Source of the DNA: Candidatus Obscuribacterales bacterium
Lineage (GTDB): Bacteria; Cyanobacteriota; Vampirovibrionia; Obscuribacterales; Obscuribacteraceae
Direction: 5' to 3'
DNA length: 64,000 nt
NCBI GenBank assembly: GCA_965228855.1
Contig: CBDDIJ010000002.1
Span: forward strand, 1,664,001 to 1,728,000
Shown: piece after piece, positions 9,408 through 19,300 of the stretch
How positions within the stretch are numbered: the stretch's first letter is position 1
Layout: the number at the start of each line of letters is the position of its first letter
The notes under the pieces: generated by a model
Told to the model about the DNA's origin: nothing
Database searches by the model: none
Seen by the model: only the letters and a program-made list of their open reading frames with translations
Position numbers and translations under genes: made by a program

Positions 9408-11806
9408 AGGTGTCGCAGTTTAAAGAACAGTTTTTAAACGAATTTGCGCAACAGGCGGGTGGTCTGCGGGTGCCACTGTTTGTGGTGGCGCTATTTTTGT
9501 TTTGCAGCAAGCTCATCTCGATATGGCTTCTGGTTATCTGTGCTCTATTCGCTGCTCAAGCCTTGTTTCCGCACTTGCCAGTAAATGTTCGCGAGAGGTT
9601 TAACTTTCGTTTGCGCGATTGGAGTTTGCAGCATACTCATGAGTGGAAGTTTTTTGCGGAGCTCATAGATGGACTTCGATATTTGAAACCATTTTTGTTT
9701 GCTGCTTTATTTTTCGCCGCAGCCCCGATTTCCGTCTGTATTATGACCGTGCACTATGTGAAAAAAGTCTTCGCTCGGAATTCGCCAGAGCGAAGACGAA
9801 TAGCGGAGAACGGTGCTTTAGTGCTTCGGCAAAATGTGTCCAGGAACAAGGATGAGGAGACCAGCTTCTATCATTCGCCGGCCTTCGCAATCACGACTCT
9901 CGCGGTTGTAGGACTTGGAATACCTGTCGCCATAATGCTTTCCATTTATACTGCCGGGAGTATCGAAGAGCGGCTTGCGACTGTGAATGATGGCGTTTAC
10001 GTTCAATACCTGGCTCCGCAGGACGTGAAGTCTCCGTCGCGGTTTCATAAGCGCAGTTTGACAGGCAAGAGATTTGTTATGAGTGACGGAGACTTACCGA
10101 TAGTTGCGCATGACTTTCCTGAACCGAGTTCGGCTTCGTTGCAACACTTCGCGATGTATGCCTATCTCATGAGCCTCTCCTGGGCGGTCAGTATCATCTT
10201 TATGCGTGCATATTTTCTGTTTCCGCTCAACTTCGCGAGCACGGAATACGATATTCGACTGGATCGCCGCGGTGTGAAGCGAGGGCATGTGCATGGTTGG
10301 TTTGCGGAGCTTATCTGGTATTGCTGGCCTGAATTTATGCCACGTTCGTTTTCCTGGAGCGAGGTTAAACGCGTCGATTACATTCAAGGTGGCGTTGGAC
10401 GTCTCAGTCCTCTGCCCTCGACGATTTTCTCGAAACGCAGCGTTGTTTACCAGGTCCTGAATAAACTGGCCGGCGTTACAGATGGACTGGTCGATAAGAT
10501 TGGTCGAAGTGAATATATTAGTTTTGACCACAACGTCGATTCTTCGTCGGCCGCTAGTCGAATCAATATCCGGCTCTGGGAGCTGAGCAGTGACGACAGA
10601 GTGCGACTGTTTTATGCCTTGAGAACTTACGCGCCTGACCTTTTCATTCCGCCTATTGTGCAGGAGAAGTTGATTGGTTCAAGCGTAATGAAGGAGTCGA
10701 GGTACACAGATCTCTGGTTCAATATGCTCACTTCAACGCAGGTTAGCTTGCGCGCAGAGTCTCTAAGTAAGGGCGACACGCTCCGAGATGGCACTTACAC
10801 TATCGTCGAAAAGCTTGGTTCCGGTGGACAGGCCTCCGCCTTTCTGGCTAAGACAAGCGAGGGTGAGCTGATAGTTTTAAAAGAATTCATTCTCAACTCC
10901 GCTGAAACCTTTGGCGCGCTTGTTGAATCCGCCACTGACTTTGAAAATGAGAGCAGCATTCTGAGCCGCTTGGACCACCCGCGAGTGGTGAAATTCAAAG
11001 ACATTTTTTCACAAGACAGACGAGCGTATATCGTTCTTGAATTCGTCGAAGGCGTTACGCTTCGTCAAATGGTTGAAGCGTCCGGGCCTGTTGGCGAGCG
11101 CACTGCTGTCGAACTCGCACTAGAGATGTGTGATATCCTCGAGTATCTTCATGGGCAAGCACCGCCAGTAGTGCACCGTGATTTTACTCCGGAAAACCTT
11201 ATACGGCAGACTGACGCTGGATTGAAGATCGTCGACTTCAGCGTGGCAAGCCGTACCGGACCGGCCAGGTCGGGCGATTGCGTCGGTAAGCATTCGTATA
11301 CTCCGCCTGAGCAATTCCGTTCGCAAGCCTCAACGCAAAGTGACATTTATGCTCTAGGAGCGACACTGTTCTTTCTTCTCACCGGCCACGACCCTAAGCC
11401 AATCAGTGTTTCGGACCCTTGTTCCATAAACTCTGAGCTATCCGAAACAATCGCGACGATCGTTTCAAAAGCTACGGCGCTTGATTTGGGTGATCGATAT
11501 GATTCAGTCGAGTGGCTGCGCTTGGACCTCGAAGATGCGCTTCAGCGGTTCGATTCAGCAGGAGGAAAACTGAGGTGTTCCGATACTGACCTGTCTGATT
11601 CAGGGCGAAGTCTGTTAAACGTTCCTGAAGCCGCAGTTACGAGCGAGTTGGAATCCGCTAAACCAGGTGGAGTCGTAATTAAGTTGGGAAGCAGAAACAG
11701 AGTCAAAGTCTCCGCGAAGAAATCGAAGACACGATCCAAATCGAGTGGAGGCAACTTAGGTTCGGGTACTCGGTTTGGCAAGTCCCGCCGCACCAATTGC
11801 CGGTGA
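9404..11806 (+). CDS. Membrane-anchored Hanks-type Ser/Thr kinase, coupled to the upstream kinase
   Basis: GTG 9404 overlaps the upstream TGA (GTGA); TM segments; LGSGGQA, IVLKEF, HRDFTPEN, DFSVA, YTPPE, DIYALG. Confidence 0.9.
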   Translation: MKVSQFKEQFLNEFAQQAGGLRVPLFVVALFLFCSKLISIWLLVICALFAAQALFPHLPVNVRERFNFRLRDWSLQHTHEWKFFAELIDGLRYLKPFLFAALFFAAAPISVCIMTVHYVKKVFARNSPERRRIAENGALVLRQNVSRNKDEETSFYHSPAFAITTLAVVGLGIPVAIMLSIYTAGSIEERLATVNDGVYVQYLAPQDVKSPSRFHKRSLTGKRFVMSDGDLPIVAHDFPEPSSASLQHFAMYAYLMSLSWAVSIIFMRAYFLFPLNFASTEYDIRLDRRGVKRGHVHGWFAELIWYCWPEFMPRSFSWSEVKRVDYIQGGVGRLSPLPSTIFSKRSVVYQVLNKLAGVTDGLVDKIGRSEYISFDHNVDSSSAASRINIRLWELSSDDRVRLFYALRTYAPDLFIPPIVQEKLIGSSVMKESRYTDLWFNMLTSTQVSLRAESLSKGDTLRDGTYTIVEKLGSGGQASAFLAKTSEGELIVLKEFILNSAETFGALVESATDFENESSILSRLDHPRVVKFKDIFSQDRRAYIVLEFVEGVTLRQMVEASGPVGERTAVELALEMCDILEYLHGQAPPVVHRDFTPENLIRQTDAGLKIVDFSVASRTGPARSGDCVGKHSYTPPEQFRSQASTQSDIYALGATLFFLLTGHDPKPISVSDPCSINSELSETIATIVSKATALDLGDRYDSVEWLRLDLEDALQRFDSAGGKLRCSDTDLSDSGRSLLNVPEAAVTSELESAKPGGVVIKLGSRNRVKVSAKKSKTRSKSSGGNLGSGTRFGKSRRTNCR

Positions 11807-11838
11807 CGGCCATAGTATGGCTTGGAATTCGGAGTTTG

Positions 11839-14049
11839 CTACTCGTTAAATAAGCTATGCAGCTCGCGTGCTTTCATGCGGTATTGAATGGCGTCGAGAT
11901 AATTCCCCTGGCGCCACATAATGTCTGCGTACTGCATCATTGCAGGAACTGCGAGGTCGCGACCGGGACCGGACAGCTTTTTCAACTTTGGAATTACGGC
12001 TTTGTAAGCTTTGCTTGCTGTTTCCAGCTTGTCGAGTTTGTACAGGCAAAATGCTCGATAAAACGATACCAGAGCTGAACGCGTTTCGCTCACGTTGTCT
12101 GAGCTAAAATAACCGCCTTCTTGAAGAAGCTGTTTGTAAGCGTCGTCGGCGTTTTCATATTGGCGAATTGCTTCATTCCACAAGCTGCGGGCTCGATAGC
12201 ACTCAGCCATTCGGGCGCAGGTGACGGCATAGTCCTCGGCTTTGAAGTGGTCGCTGCTTTGCAGTTGTCTCACTACTCGCTGAAATTCGGGGAGCGCGCC
12301 TGAGAAATCGCCTAGCGCGTAAAGTGCGGTTGCTTCCTTCAAACGCAGCTCATTCTGATGATTTGTCAGTTGTTCGTTACGCGTGTTTTCTATAAGTTTT
12401 GCATAGTGCTTAGCGGCCTCGCGATATTGTCCGAGCTTGAAATCACAGTCAGCAAGCCCCTCAAGCGCGATGCGCGTTCCCCTGGCTTTATTTCCGTCGT
12501 GTCTGCTCCCGAGTTCAAAGAGATTGCTGTAGCAAACCGCTGCTTCTTTAAAATACTTCTGGGCAGCGTAATTTTGAGCCAGGCTTTCAACAGACCGAAC
12601 GTATTCATCGTACCTATCGGAGTTTGGATCCGCTCGAAGCATCTCTTCTTGAACCTCCAGGCTTCGCATGAATATTGGTTCCTGAGGAGGAGGCGTAGCC
12701 GGACGTGCTATCGGCACAGGCATGAATGCTTTGTCGATCGGGAACGCGGTTTTGGTTTCCATCTCGAAATATGGCATCACCAGCCTGGTTGCAGCGACAC
12801 AGAGCATGAGCGAAACGGCCGCCGCAAACGCCAACAGTATTTTTTCGCGTTTCTTCAAAGGACGAATTTTGAGTTTGATGACCTGAAATCTATCCTGAAT
12901 TTTCTTCAAAAGCAAAACAGTGACGTTCTGCTGAAAGGCGCGGAGCGCCTCTCCGAGTACATCCGCCGATGGAAAGCGCTCGTTTGGATTTTTCGCAAGT
13001 GCTTTGAAAATTATCAATTCCATCTGATGCGGAACAACGAGGTCCGGATCTACTGATTTGAAGTCGGGCGGCGGGTCGTTCATCTGCTTCAGCAGAGTCT
13101 CCATGATATTCTCGCCGACTAGAGGTGGTCGCCCGCTGAGAACTTCATACATCAAGCAGCCCATGGAATAGATGTCAGCCCGTGGATCGACTTTCGTTCC
13201 CGAGCATTGTTCCGGACTCATGTAGTTGGGACTGCCGAACACTTCTCCGGTGCGCGTCAAGCCCATTGATTCCGCGCCTTCTTGAGGCATCACTTTTGCA
13301 ATTCCGAAGTCTAGTAGCCGAACAAAATCAATGCCACCACTGGCGGGGCTAATCATTACGTTGCTCGGTTTCAAATCTCGATGCAATACTCCTTTTGCGT
13401 GCGCGTGGGAGAGGGCGTCACAGATTTGAATGAAGATTGGAACGGCTCGCTCGAGCGGCAGTCGTTTTTCCCGCCTCAAAAGATCGGAGAGCGAAAGTCC
13501 ATCCAGCAGTTCCATGACTAGATAAGGTCTGCCGTCCGGCGTCACACCGAAGTCGTGGGTGACGATCAGATTAGGATGTGAAAGGCTGCTCGCTGCTTGA
13601 GCTTCTACCTGAAAACGTTGATGGCTTATCGGATTTGCCATCAAGTGTGGAAGCAGCACCTTTACCGCAAGCGGTTTGTTCAGTTTAATGTCTTTGGCTT
13701 TGTATACTGCGCTCATGCCGCCCTTGCCAATCAGTGCCAGCAACGCGTACCGGTCGGATAATGTGTGACCGACGAGATTTTCGGCTGAGTCATCACCGGA
13801 CTCTCCCGCATCCGACGCCAGTTGGGAGCGCACAGTTGACGGAAATTCGCTGTCATCAGGAGGTTCTGTTTGCCCCCCGCTCAATCGTGGACGACCGCGC
13901 ATTTGTCTCTGAGAAGAGCGGTTGAACGGACCATGCGGAACCGCGTTTCTTCTTCCAGACGATGTGCCACGATGCACGCGTCCTGGAAGAACAGGCGTAT
14001 CTTCACCGTTTTCTTTTAAGTCCTCGATGTCGTCAGCATCTTTCGGCAT
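11839..14049 (-). CDS. Ser/Thr kinase (PknB-like) with TM helix and C-terminal TPR domain
   Basis: IGKGGMSAVY, AVKVL, HRDLKPSN, DFGIAK, GSPNYMSPEQ; TM ILLAFAAAVSLMLCVAA; TPRs. Confidence 0.93.
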   Translation of the reverse strand: MPKDADDIEDLKENGEDTPVLPGRVHRGTSSGRRNAVPHGPFNRSSQRQMRGRPRLSGGQTEPPDDSEFPSTVRSQLASDAGESGDDSAENLVGHTLSDRYALLALIGKGGMSAVYKAKDIKLNKPLAVKVLLPHLMANPISHQRFQVEAQAASSLSHPNLIVTHDFGVTPDGRPYLVMELLDGLSLSDLLRREKRLPLERAVPIFIQICDALSHAHAKGVLHRDLKPSNVMISPASGGIDFVRLLDFGIAKVMPQEGAESMGLTRTGEVFGSPNYMSPEQCSGTKVDPRADIYSMGCLMYEVLSGRPPLVGENIMETLLKQMNDPPPDFKSVDPDLVVPHQMELIIFKALAKNPNERFPSADVLGEALRAFQQNVTVLLLKKIQDRFQVIKLKIRPLKKREKILLAFAAAVSLMLCVAATRLVMPYFEMETKTAFPIDKAFMPVPIARPATPPPQEPIFMRSLEVQEEMLRADPNSDRYDEYVRSVESLAQNYAAQKYFKEAAVCYSNLFELGSRHDGNKARGTRIALEGLADCDFKLGQYREAAKHYAKLIENTRNEQLTNHQNELRLKEATALYALGDFSGALPEFQRVVRQLQSSDHFKAEDYAVTCARMAECYRARSLWNEAIRQYENADDAYKQLLQEGGYFSSDNVSETRSALVSFYRAFCLYKLDKLETASKAYKAVIPKLKKLSGPGRDLAVPAMMQYADIMWRQGNYLDAIQYRMKARELHSLFNE

Positions 14050-14157
14050 GTAAGTGATACGGTTCCGTCGGAAAAACGATCTGCCAATTGGCTATAATAA
14101 GCGCTATATTTCTATACCCAGGACTTACGCTATTATTCAGATGCTGGTTGGGAACTA

Positions 14158-14952
14158 GTGATGAAAGAATTTGAAAATGCAATTGCATCAATACTTTCGA
14201 GACCATTGAGTCGCGCAGCTGTGCGGCAATCCGAAGGTGTCGGCGCTTCTTCTTTGGCTTCAAAACAGCAGATAATTCTTGGCGGTTTCGTTGCCATTCT
14301 CTCAGCACTGTCAAGTTGCTCTGATGCCGAAGCGCGTACTTCAATCAAGAAGAAAGCAAATGATAGTTCCTCGAAGAATGTTGGATGGGTGATCGACCAG
14401 ACTTCCGAGGAAGCCGGGCGTGGCGAAATCATCGTCACCAAAGACGGTGTGCGTATAAAACTCAAGACGTTAATCGCCGTTCTCACAGCTCCAAAGTTTG
14501 ACGCCACTATATTCGATACCAGTACCAAGAAATACGTCGACCTTCCATACGACAAATGGACATCGAAGTACAAAGATAAGCGTCCCGTATCAATCACGCC
14601 AACTGGAAAAACAGCCAAGATTGCTGGTTTAAACGCGAGTAGTTATCGTGTTCCAAGCCAAAAAGTGCTGAAAGAGGTTTGGTTCACCAATGACGTGCCA
14701 ATTTCTGAAGATATGTGCGCGTTCATCTCGACGACCATGCATTTGCCCAGCGGGCACGGCTTGCCGGTTCGCCTCGAAGTGAGTCGACCGGCAGGAAAGC
14801 GCGTTGTTTTCGACACTCTAAAATTGACGAAAACCGACAAAGTAGATCCGAAGGTTTTTGCAAAACCTGTTGGCTACAAAAAGGTTGAGAGCGAGTATCA
14901 ACTGTTCGTCAAGGAGAGTCAAGTTCAAGACATGGGCAGCTTCTTCCAGTAA
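14158..14952 (+). CDS. Putative exported beta-rich protein, DUF4412-like
   Basis: Hydrophobic N-region; TGKTAKIAGLNA...EVWFT...GLPVRL...VFAKPVGYKKV pattern resembles DUF4412. Start uncertain. Confidence 0.55.
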   Translation: MMKEFENAIASILSRPLSRAAVRQSEGVGASSLASKQQIILGGFVAILSALSSCSDAEARTSIKKKANDSSSKNVGWVIDQTSEEAGRGEIIVTKDGVRIKLKTLIAVLTAPKFDATIFDTSTKKYVDLPYDKWTSKYKDKRPVSITPTGKTAKIAGLNASSYRVPSQKVLKEVWFTNDVPISEDMCAFISTTMHLPSGHGLPVRLEVSRPAGKRVVFDTLKLTKTDKVDPKVFAKPVGYKKVESEYQLFVKESQVQDMGSFFQ

Positions 14953-14974
14953 AGTGTACCCGCTCCTGCGATGC

Positions 14975-16510
14975 TCAATGTTTGCTCAAGGGGGCCGGCG
15001 CAACACGATTCCAACGCTCAATCAGATCGCGAAAGACATCCGGTTCCCAAACATCAGGCTCGTATTTTAATTCTCTCGCGGCTCGTAAGTCCGAGTCGCA
15101 CTTTTCCAGTTCTCCTTGCTTCAGGTATACAGCCGCGCGGTGGAAGTATGCAGCGGACGATTTTGGTTTAACCTTAATTGCTCGATCCAGATCTTCGAGC
15201 GCCTTTTCATAGTTTTCCATCAACAAATACACGGTCCCTCTTGTGTCTAAAACATCAACAGCATCATGTTTTTGCTCTAGCGATTTGTCTGCGTTTTTCA
15301 GCGCTTCTTCTAGTTTGCCGAGCGGCGTTTGCGTCCAGGCGGCGGCATTCAAGAGTTCGTAGTCATCGGGCTTGGCCGCTAATGCATCCTCGTAGAGTGC
15401 GAGGGCACCGTCGTAATCTTTTTGTTTGAATTTGACAAGCGCCTTCGTTCTCTTCAACTGAACTTTGTCTTTGCAAATTGGCTCGCTTGCGTCAATGTCG
15501 CGGAGCGCGGCTTCAAACTGTTTAAGTTCGACCAGCGTGCGAACTCGAAGGGATAATGCGGAGAAGCGAGCTTCGTCATATTTCTGAGTTGAATCCGCCT
15601 GGAATGTTTCCACGGCTTTGTTCAAAAGCGGCAACGCCTCTTCGAATTTCTTATCGTTCATCAGGGCGGTTGCATCAACGATATAGTTCTGACTGATGAA
15701 CCGCAAATCGCCTTTGTACTGCGCGCTGATTGCAAAGAAGGAAACCAGCGGTGCGAGCGCCAGAAGCGTCAGCGCTGAGATGGCGAGCGGTTTTAAATTC
15801 TGTCTGGTGGAGGCTTTCATCGCAAATCCACAAATCAAACCAGCAAGCAATCCGCCGACATGGGCGGCATTGTCGATGCCCGGCATGAAAAATGTGGGAG
15901 CGACCGCTAGAAGAATGAACGCCAGCAGGACGAGTAAGCGGCGTTTCATGCTAGTAATCAGCTGTTTAAAATCGGTCGCGCCGATCAGTGAAAAAGCGCT
16001 GCCTAAAACTCCCATCAGCGCGCCCGAGGCGCCGACGGTCACCGCAACCGGAAGGAACTCGAGACTGAAAAGCGAGCCGTAAATTCCGGAGACGAGATAG
16101 ATAAACAGGAATTTCTTCGTACCGAGAAGTTCTTCGATTTCACGACCAACAACACCAAGACCGAAGAGATTGACGAGAATGTGAATCAGGTGCGCGTGCA
16201 AGAATGTGCAGCTCAGCAAGCGCCATGGTTGACCGTTAAGTGTCAGAGGTCCATATCCCGCGCCCCATTCGATGAGCGTTTTGTTTGTCTGAGCGCCAAT
16301 TGAATGCTCTGGCGATGAAATCACCATGGCGGTATATAGCACCGCATTTAGTACTATGAGGCTGATGGTTCCTGCGTGCTTTCGCAAGTGAAACGATTTC
16401 ACGGTTTCCGCTCGGTCCTCAATAGAATCTGTATCGATCAACAGGGGCAACGAAGTGTTCCGGACATAGACTTGTCCGTGTAAACCATAGAGCGGTTCGG
16501 ACTCTACCAC
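14975..16510 (-). CDS. Rhomboid intramembrane serine protease with C-terminal TPR repeats (GluP/YqgP-like)
   Basis: QPWRLLSCTFLHAHLIHILVN, VGASGA (Ser), AHVGGLLAG (His); TPRs LDTRGTVY and AYFHRAAVY. Confidence 0.93.
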   Translation of the reverse strand: MVESEPLYGLHGQVYVRNTSLPLLIDTDSIEDRAETVKSFHLRKHAGTISLIVLNAVLYTAMVISSPEHSIGAQTNKTLIEWGAGYGPLTLNGQPWRLLSCTFLHAHLIHILVNLFGLGVVGREIEELLGTKKFLFIYLVSGIYGSLFSLEFLPVAVTVGASGALMGVLGSAFSLIGATDFKQLITSMKRRLLVLLAFILLAVAPTFFMPGIDNAAHVGGLLAGLICGFAMKASTRQNLKPLAISALTLLALAPLVSFFAISAQYKGDLRFISQNYIVDATALMNDKKFEEALPLLNKAVETFQADSTQKYDEARFSALSLRVRTLVELKQFEAALRDIDASEPICKDKVQLKRTKALVKFKQKDYDGALALYEDALAAKPDDYELLNAAAWTQTPLGKLEEALKNADKSLEQKHDAVDVLDTRGTVYLLMENYEKALEDLDRAIKVKPKSSAAYFHRAAVYLKQGELEKCDSDLRAARELKYEPDVWEPDVFRDLIERWNRVAPAPLSKH

Positions 16511-16625
16511 AATGGTGGATACACTACTGGAAACATGGTCAACCAGGGTGAATTTATACCGATTGCAGGTTGAGCTGATCTCCCGCGCTTAAGCCGGTTC
16601 GCGCTACCGATTATTCCCAAACAGT

Positions 16626-16653
16626 GAAAGCCTGAGCTTGCGCCCAGGCTTTC
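16626..16653. terminator. Hairpin, probable intrinsic terminator of the 16678-17151 gene
   Basis: Inverted repeat gaaagcctg...caggctttc just downstream of the stop codon. Confidence 0.6.
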
Positions 16654-16677
16654 GAACTTTTAGCGTTGTAGCTTCAA

Positions 16678-17151
16678 TTACTTGCGAAGAGTAATGGTTG
16701 CTTTTTCGCCTTCGAATTTGACTTCGCCTTTGAGGCCGAATTCTTGTGCGAATTCTTTGACGCAGTTTTCCATCGAAGCGCACATTTTTTCTTCTTGTGC
16801 TTTCTCCATTCCGCATTCCTTCATTGCATTCCACATGCCGCAGGAGTTGTAGAGGAGGTGTGCTTCTTTCTCGTCGCCCCAGAATTCGATCTTGGAACCA
16901 AACATGTTGGTTTCGAATTCTGCTTTAGCTTTGATGATTTCGATCGGGGTCGTAACGCCGAGCTTCTTGTAGTAGGCGATCATCGGCTTCTTGCTGACTT
17001 CTTGATATTCTTTTGTTACTGCTTCGCCTTGTTTGCAGAGTACTTGCATCGCGGACATATAGTTGTTTGCCATCATGCGCGAAACCATTTCGTGCATTTT
17101 GTCGGCGGTCCAAGTGGGTTTCACTTCAGTTTTTTGAGCTACAGCTGTCAT
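16678..17151 (-). CDS. Hypothetical Met/Cys-rich protein, possibly ATC-hydrolase/V4R-like fold
   Basis: Clean 157-aa ORF with RBS and terminator; YNSCGMWNAMKECGM...MC resembles the C-x4-A-x4-G...C pattern of ATC-hydrolase-like proteins (weak). Confidence 0.6.
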   Translation of the reverse strand: MTAVAQKTEVKPTWTADKMHEMVSRMMANNYMSAMQVLCKQGEAVTKEYQEVSKKPMIAYYKKLGVTTPIEIIKAKAEFETNMFGSKIEFWGDEKEAHLLYNSCGMWNAMKECGMEKAQEEKMCASMENCVKEFAQEFGLKGEVKFEGEKATITLRK

Positions 17152-17289
17152 TTCACTCTCCAGTAAACACAGAGGTTTTAATACGATGCCTGTATTCTAA
17201 ACTGTTCGGTGACTCTATTAGCTGCCTTTAAGACTTAATCCGCATTTCTTCTTTGCAAGTTCGATTTTGTCGAACTTTTGGTCATTGTT

Positions 17290-18402
17290 TTAGAAAACTT
17301 CTTTCAGCGCTCTTACAACAAGTTCGTTTTCTTCCATCGTTCCAACAGATATGCGCAAACAGGTAGGCAAGCCGAAAGCCGCCAGGGGTCTGATTGCTAT
17401 GCCTTTGCGCAGAACTCCGTTGTACACGCGGTTGGTTTCTTCCTCGCTTCCCATTTCGAAGAGCACGAAGTTTGCATGCGAGGGAATGCGCTTCATTCCA
17501 AGCTTATCGAGCTCTTTCGCGAAGTAAGCCAAGCCCTCTTCGTTATTGGTGACGGTTTTCATCAGGAAGTCGCGATCGTGAAGAGCCGCTAGCCCTGCGT
17601 AATGCGCGAGGATGTTTGGTTCGAAAGGCAATTTGATCCTATTAATAAAATCGATCAAGTGATCATGACCCAAACCGTAGCCAAGGCGAAGACCAGCCAT
17701 GCCCCAGGCTTTCGAGAATGTGCGCAGCGTCAAGACATTGTCCAGGCGATAAGTCATCGAATCCGGATAGTCCGGCTCTTTGCATGCGAATTCATAGTAC
17801 GCCTCGTCCAGCACGACGAGAACGTGCTCAGGAACCCGTTCCATAAAAGCTTCGAATTCAGCGCGCCGAAAAATTGTGCCGGTCGGGTTGTTCGGATTAC
17901 ATAGGTAGATGATCTTAGTGTTCTCGTTGATGGCGTTGGCAATGCCGTCGAGATCGAAGGTGTAGTTTTTGAGCGGCACCTTGTGAAGCTTGATTCCCAT
18001 GCCGTTGACCAGCACGTACAAGCCGATAAAAGTGCCCTCTGACGTCAACACCTCATCGTTATCGTGGAGAAAGGCGCGCAGTGTGTTGGCAAGGATACTT
18101 TCGCTTCCGCTTCCGATAGCGACGTTTTCGACTTTTACGCGGTAGCGCTCTGCTAGTGCGGTTCTGAGAGTAATGCCACCCGATTCAGGATAGCGGTGCA
18201 TGTCTTTGGCGCCTTCGGCAATTGCCTGAATTACCGAATCCGGTGTGCCAAGGGAGTTTTCATTAGAAGCCAGATTGATAAATCGCTCAATGCCCAGCTC
18301 TTTCTTCAAAGCTTCAGGTGGTTTGCCTGGTTTGTACGGCTGAAGTGCCTCTACGTGCGGAGGTACGAGCTTGCGCTTCTTGGGGCTATTCGAGATTGTC
18401 AT
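17290..18402 (-). CDS. hisC: Histidinol-phosphate / aromatic aminotransferase (class II PLP)
   Basis: LQPYKPGK, NLASNEN, LCNPNNPTG, VLDEAYYEF, RTFSKAWGMAGLRLGY, RISVGT. ATG 18402 is the likely start. Confidence 0.93.
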   Translation of the reverse strand: MTISNSPKKRKLVPPHVEALQPYKPGKPPEALKKELGIERFINLASNENSLGTPDSVIQAIAEGAKDMHRYPESGGITLRTALAERYRVKVENVAIGSGSESILANTLRAFLHDNDEVLTSEGTFIGLYVLVNGMGIKLHKVPLKNYTFDLDGIANAINENTKIIYLCNPNNPTGTIFRRAEFEAFMERVPEHVLVVLDEAYYEFACKEPDYPDSMTYRLDNVLTLRTFSKAWGMAGLRLGYGLGHDHLIDFINRIKLPFEPNILAHYAGLAALHDRDFLMKTVTNNEEGLAYFAKELDKLGMKRIPSHANFVLFEMGSEEETNRVYNGVLRKGIAIRPLAAFGLPTCLRISVGTMEENELVVRALKEVF

Positions 18403-18634
18403 GGTTTCCCTTGCGATTGCCACTGTGGGTGCCTGTTTCAAATATTGAGAACCAACCGAAGCCGGAAGCCAAAGAGGTAGAGTTAGGCGAAACGACGTCT
18501 CGCACGGCACTTCCGAGCTCCTTCATAAAGTTAACATCTAAAGTACGTAAAAACAAATATGTAATTGGTAATGAACGTTGCAGGACATTGGACCTTTCCT
18601 GAGCCTTCATGTTAATATGCACTTACGCCTTCAT

Positions 18635-18708
18635 GCGGGTGTAGTTCAATGGTAGAACGGCAGCCTTCCAAGCTGCACACGCGGGTTCGATTCCCGCTAC
18701 CCGCTCCA
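18635..18708 (+). tRNA. tRNA-Gly (anticodon TCC), CCA encoded
   Basis: gcgggtg acceptor pairs with tacccgc; D-arm tagttcaatggtagaac; anticodon arm gcagc-cttccaa-gctgc; T-arm gcgggttcgattcccgc; ends tcca. Confidence 0.98.
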
Positions 18709-18760
18709 ATTTTGAATTGAATAGCAATAGCAGTGCATCACGTCATCCGATGGGCTCGAT

Positions 18761-19300
18761 TCAGGTCCACTCGATGTTTCTCAGGCACTCTTTGATTTCC
18801 TTGACGTACTTGGGATAGGAGCTCGTCGGCGCGAGAAAGTATATTTGTTGCACCACGCAACCGCTGTCATCTGCCGCGATGTATAGCGAGTAGGTGTCCC
18901 ATTCCTGCCTGAGCCATCGCCCCTCGACGACCAGGAGTGTCCTGCCTCCTGTGACCTGGGTGTGGATGGCTAGTGGCTTAAACGAGTCCGGCTGGCAGAT
19001 CTCTTCAAGCATGCCGGCAATGCTTTTGATTTCTTTGGCGGGGAGGCTGTGAGGCGGCGTCTCCAGCACTGCCTTGAACGCAGCTCCTGTCGGCAGGTCA
19101 TATGGGAAACCGCGATAATAGAAACATAGCCGCGTGTCTTCGCTGTCTTGCGGCGAAAATTCTCGCAAGCTCTGTTCGTGGTTGTCACTACCCGTGGTGG
19201 CGGTTTCCGTCCAACCAGCGGGCAGCAAAAGACGCTTAATTTGACCGTGGTCGACGACTTCTGTCGAGATGTTTACTGAATCCAATCGATTTCGTCCCAT
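18761..19300 (-). CDS. Hypothetical protein, PsbP/Mog1-like; candidate immunity or chaperone for the upstream giant protein
   Basis: LLLPAGWTE...QVTGGRTLLVVEGRW...QQIYFLAPTSSYPKY...LRNIEW pattern; overlaps the giant gene's stop by 28 nt. Confidence 0.6.
   Translation of the reverse strand: MGRNRLDSVNISTEVVDHGQIKRLLLPAGWTETATTGSDNHEQSLREFSPQDSEDTRLCFYYRGFPYDLPTGAAFKAVLETPPHSLPAKEIKSIAGMLEEICQPDSFKPLAIHTQVTGGRTLLVVEGRWLRQEWDTYSLYIAADDSGCVVQQIYFLAPTSSYPKYVKEIKECLRNIEWT

Noticed and set aside
16678..17151. Internal CGMW/CGME motifs as additional MNIO target sites
   Set aside because: They are internal rather than C-terminal, lie 22 kb from the DUF692 gene, and are better explained as part of a fold motif.
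5496..18402. hppD plus hisC-like aminotransferase as a dedicated tyrosine catabolic or biosynthetic cluster
   Set aside because: They are more than 10 kb apart on opposite strands with unrelated genes between, and hmgA and fahA are not in the window.
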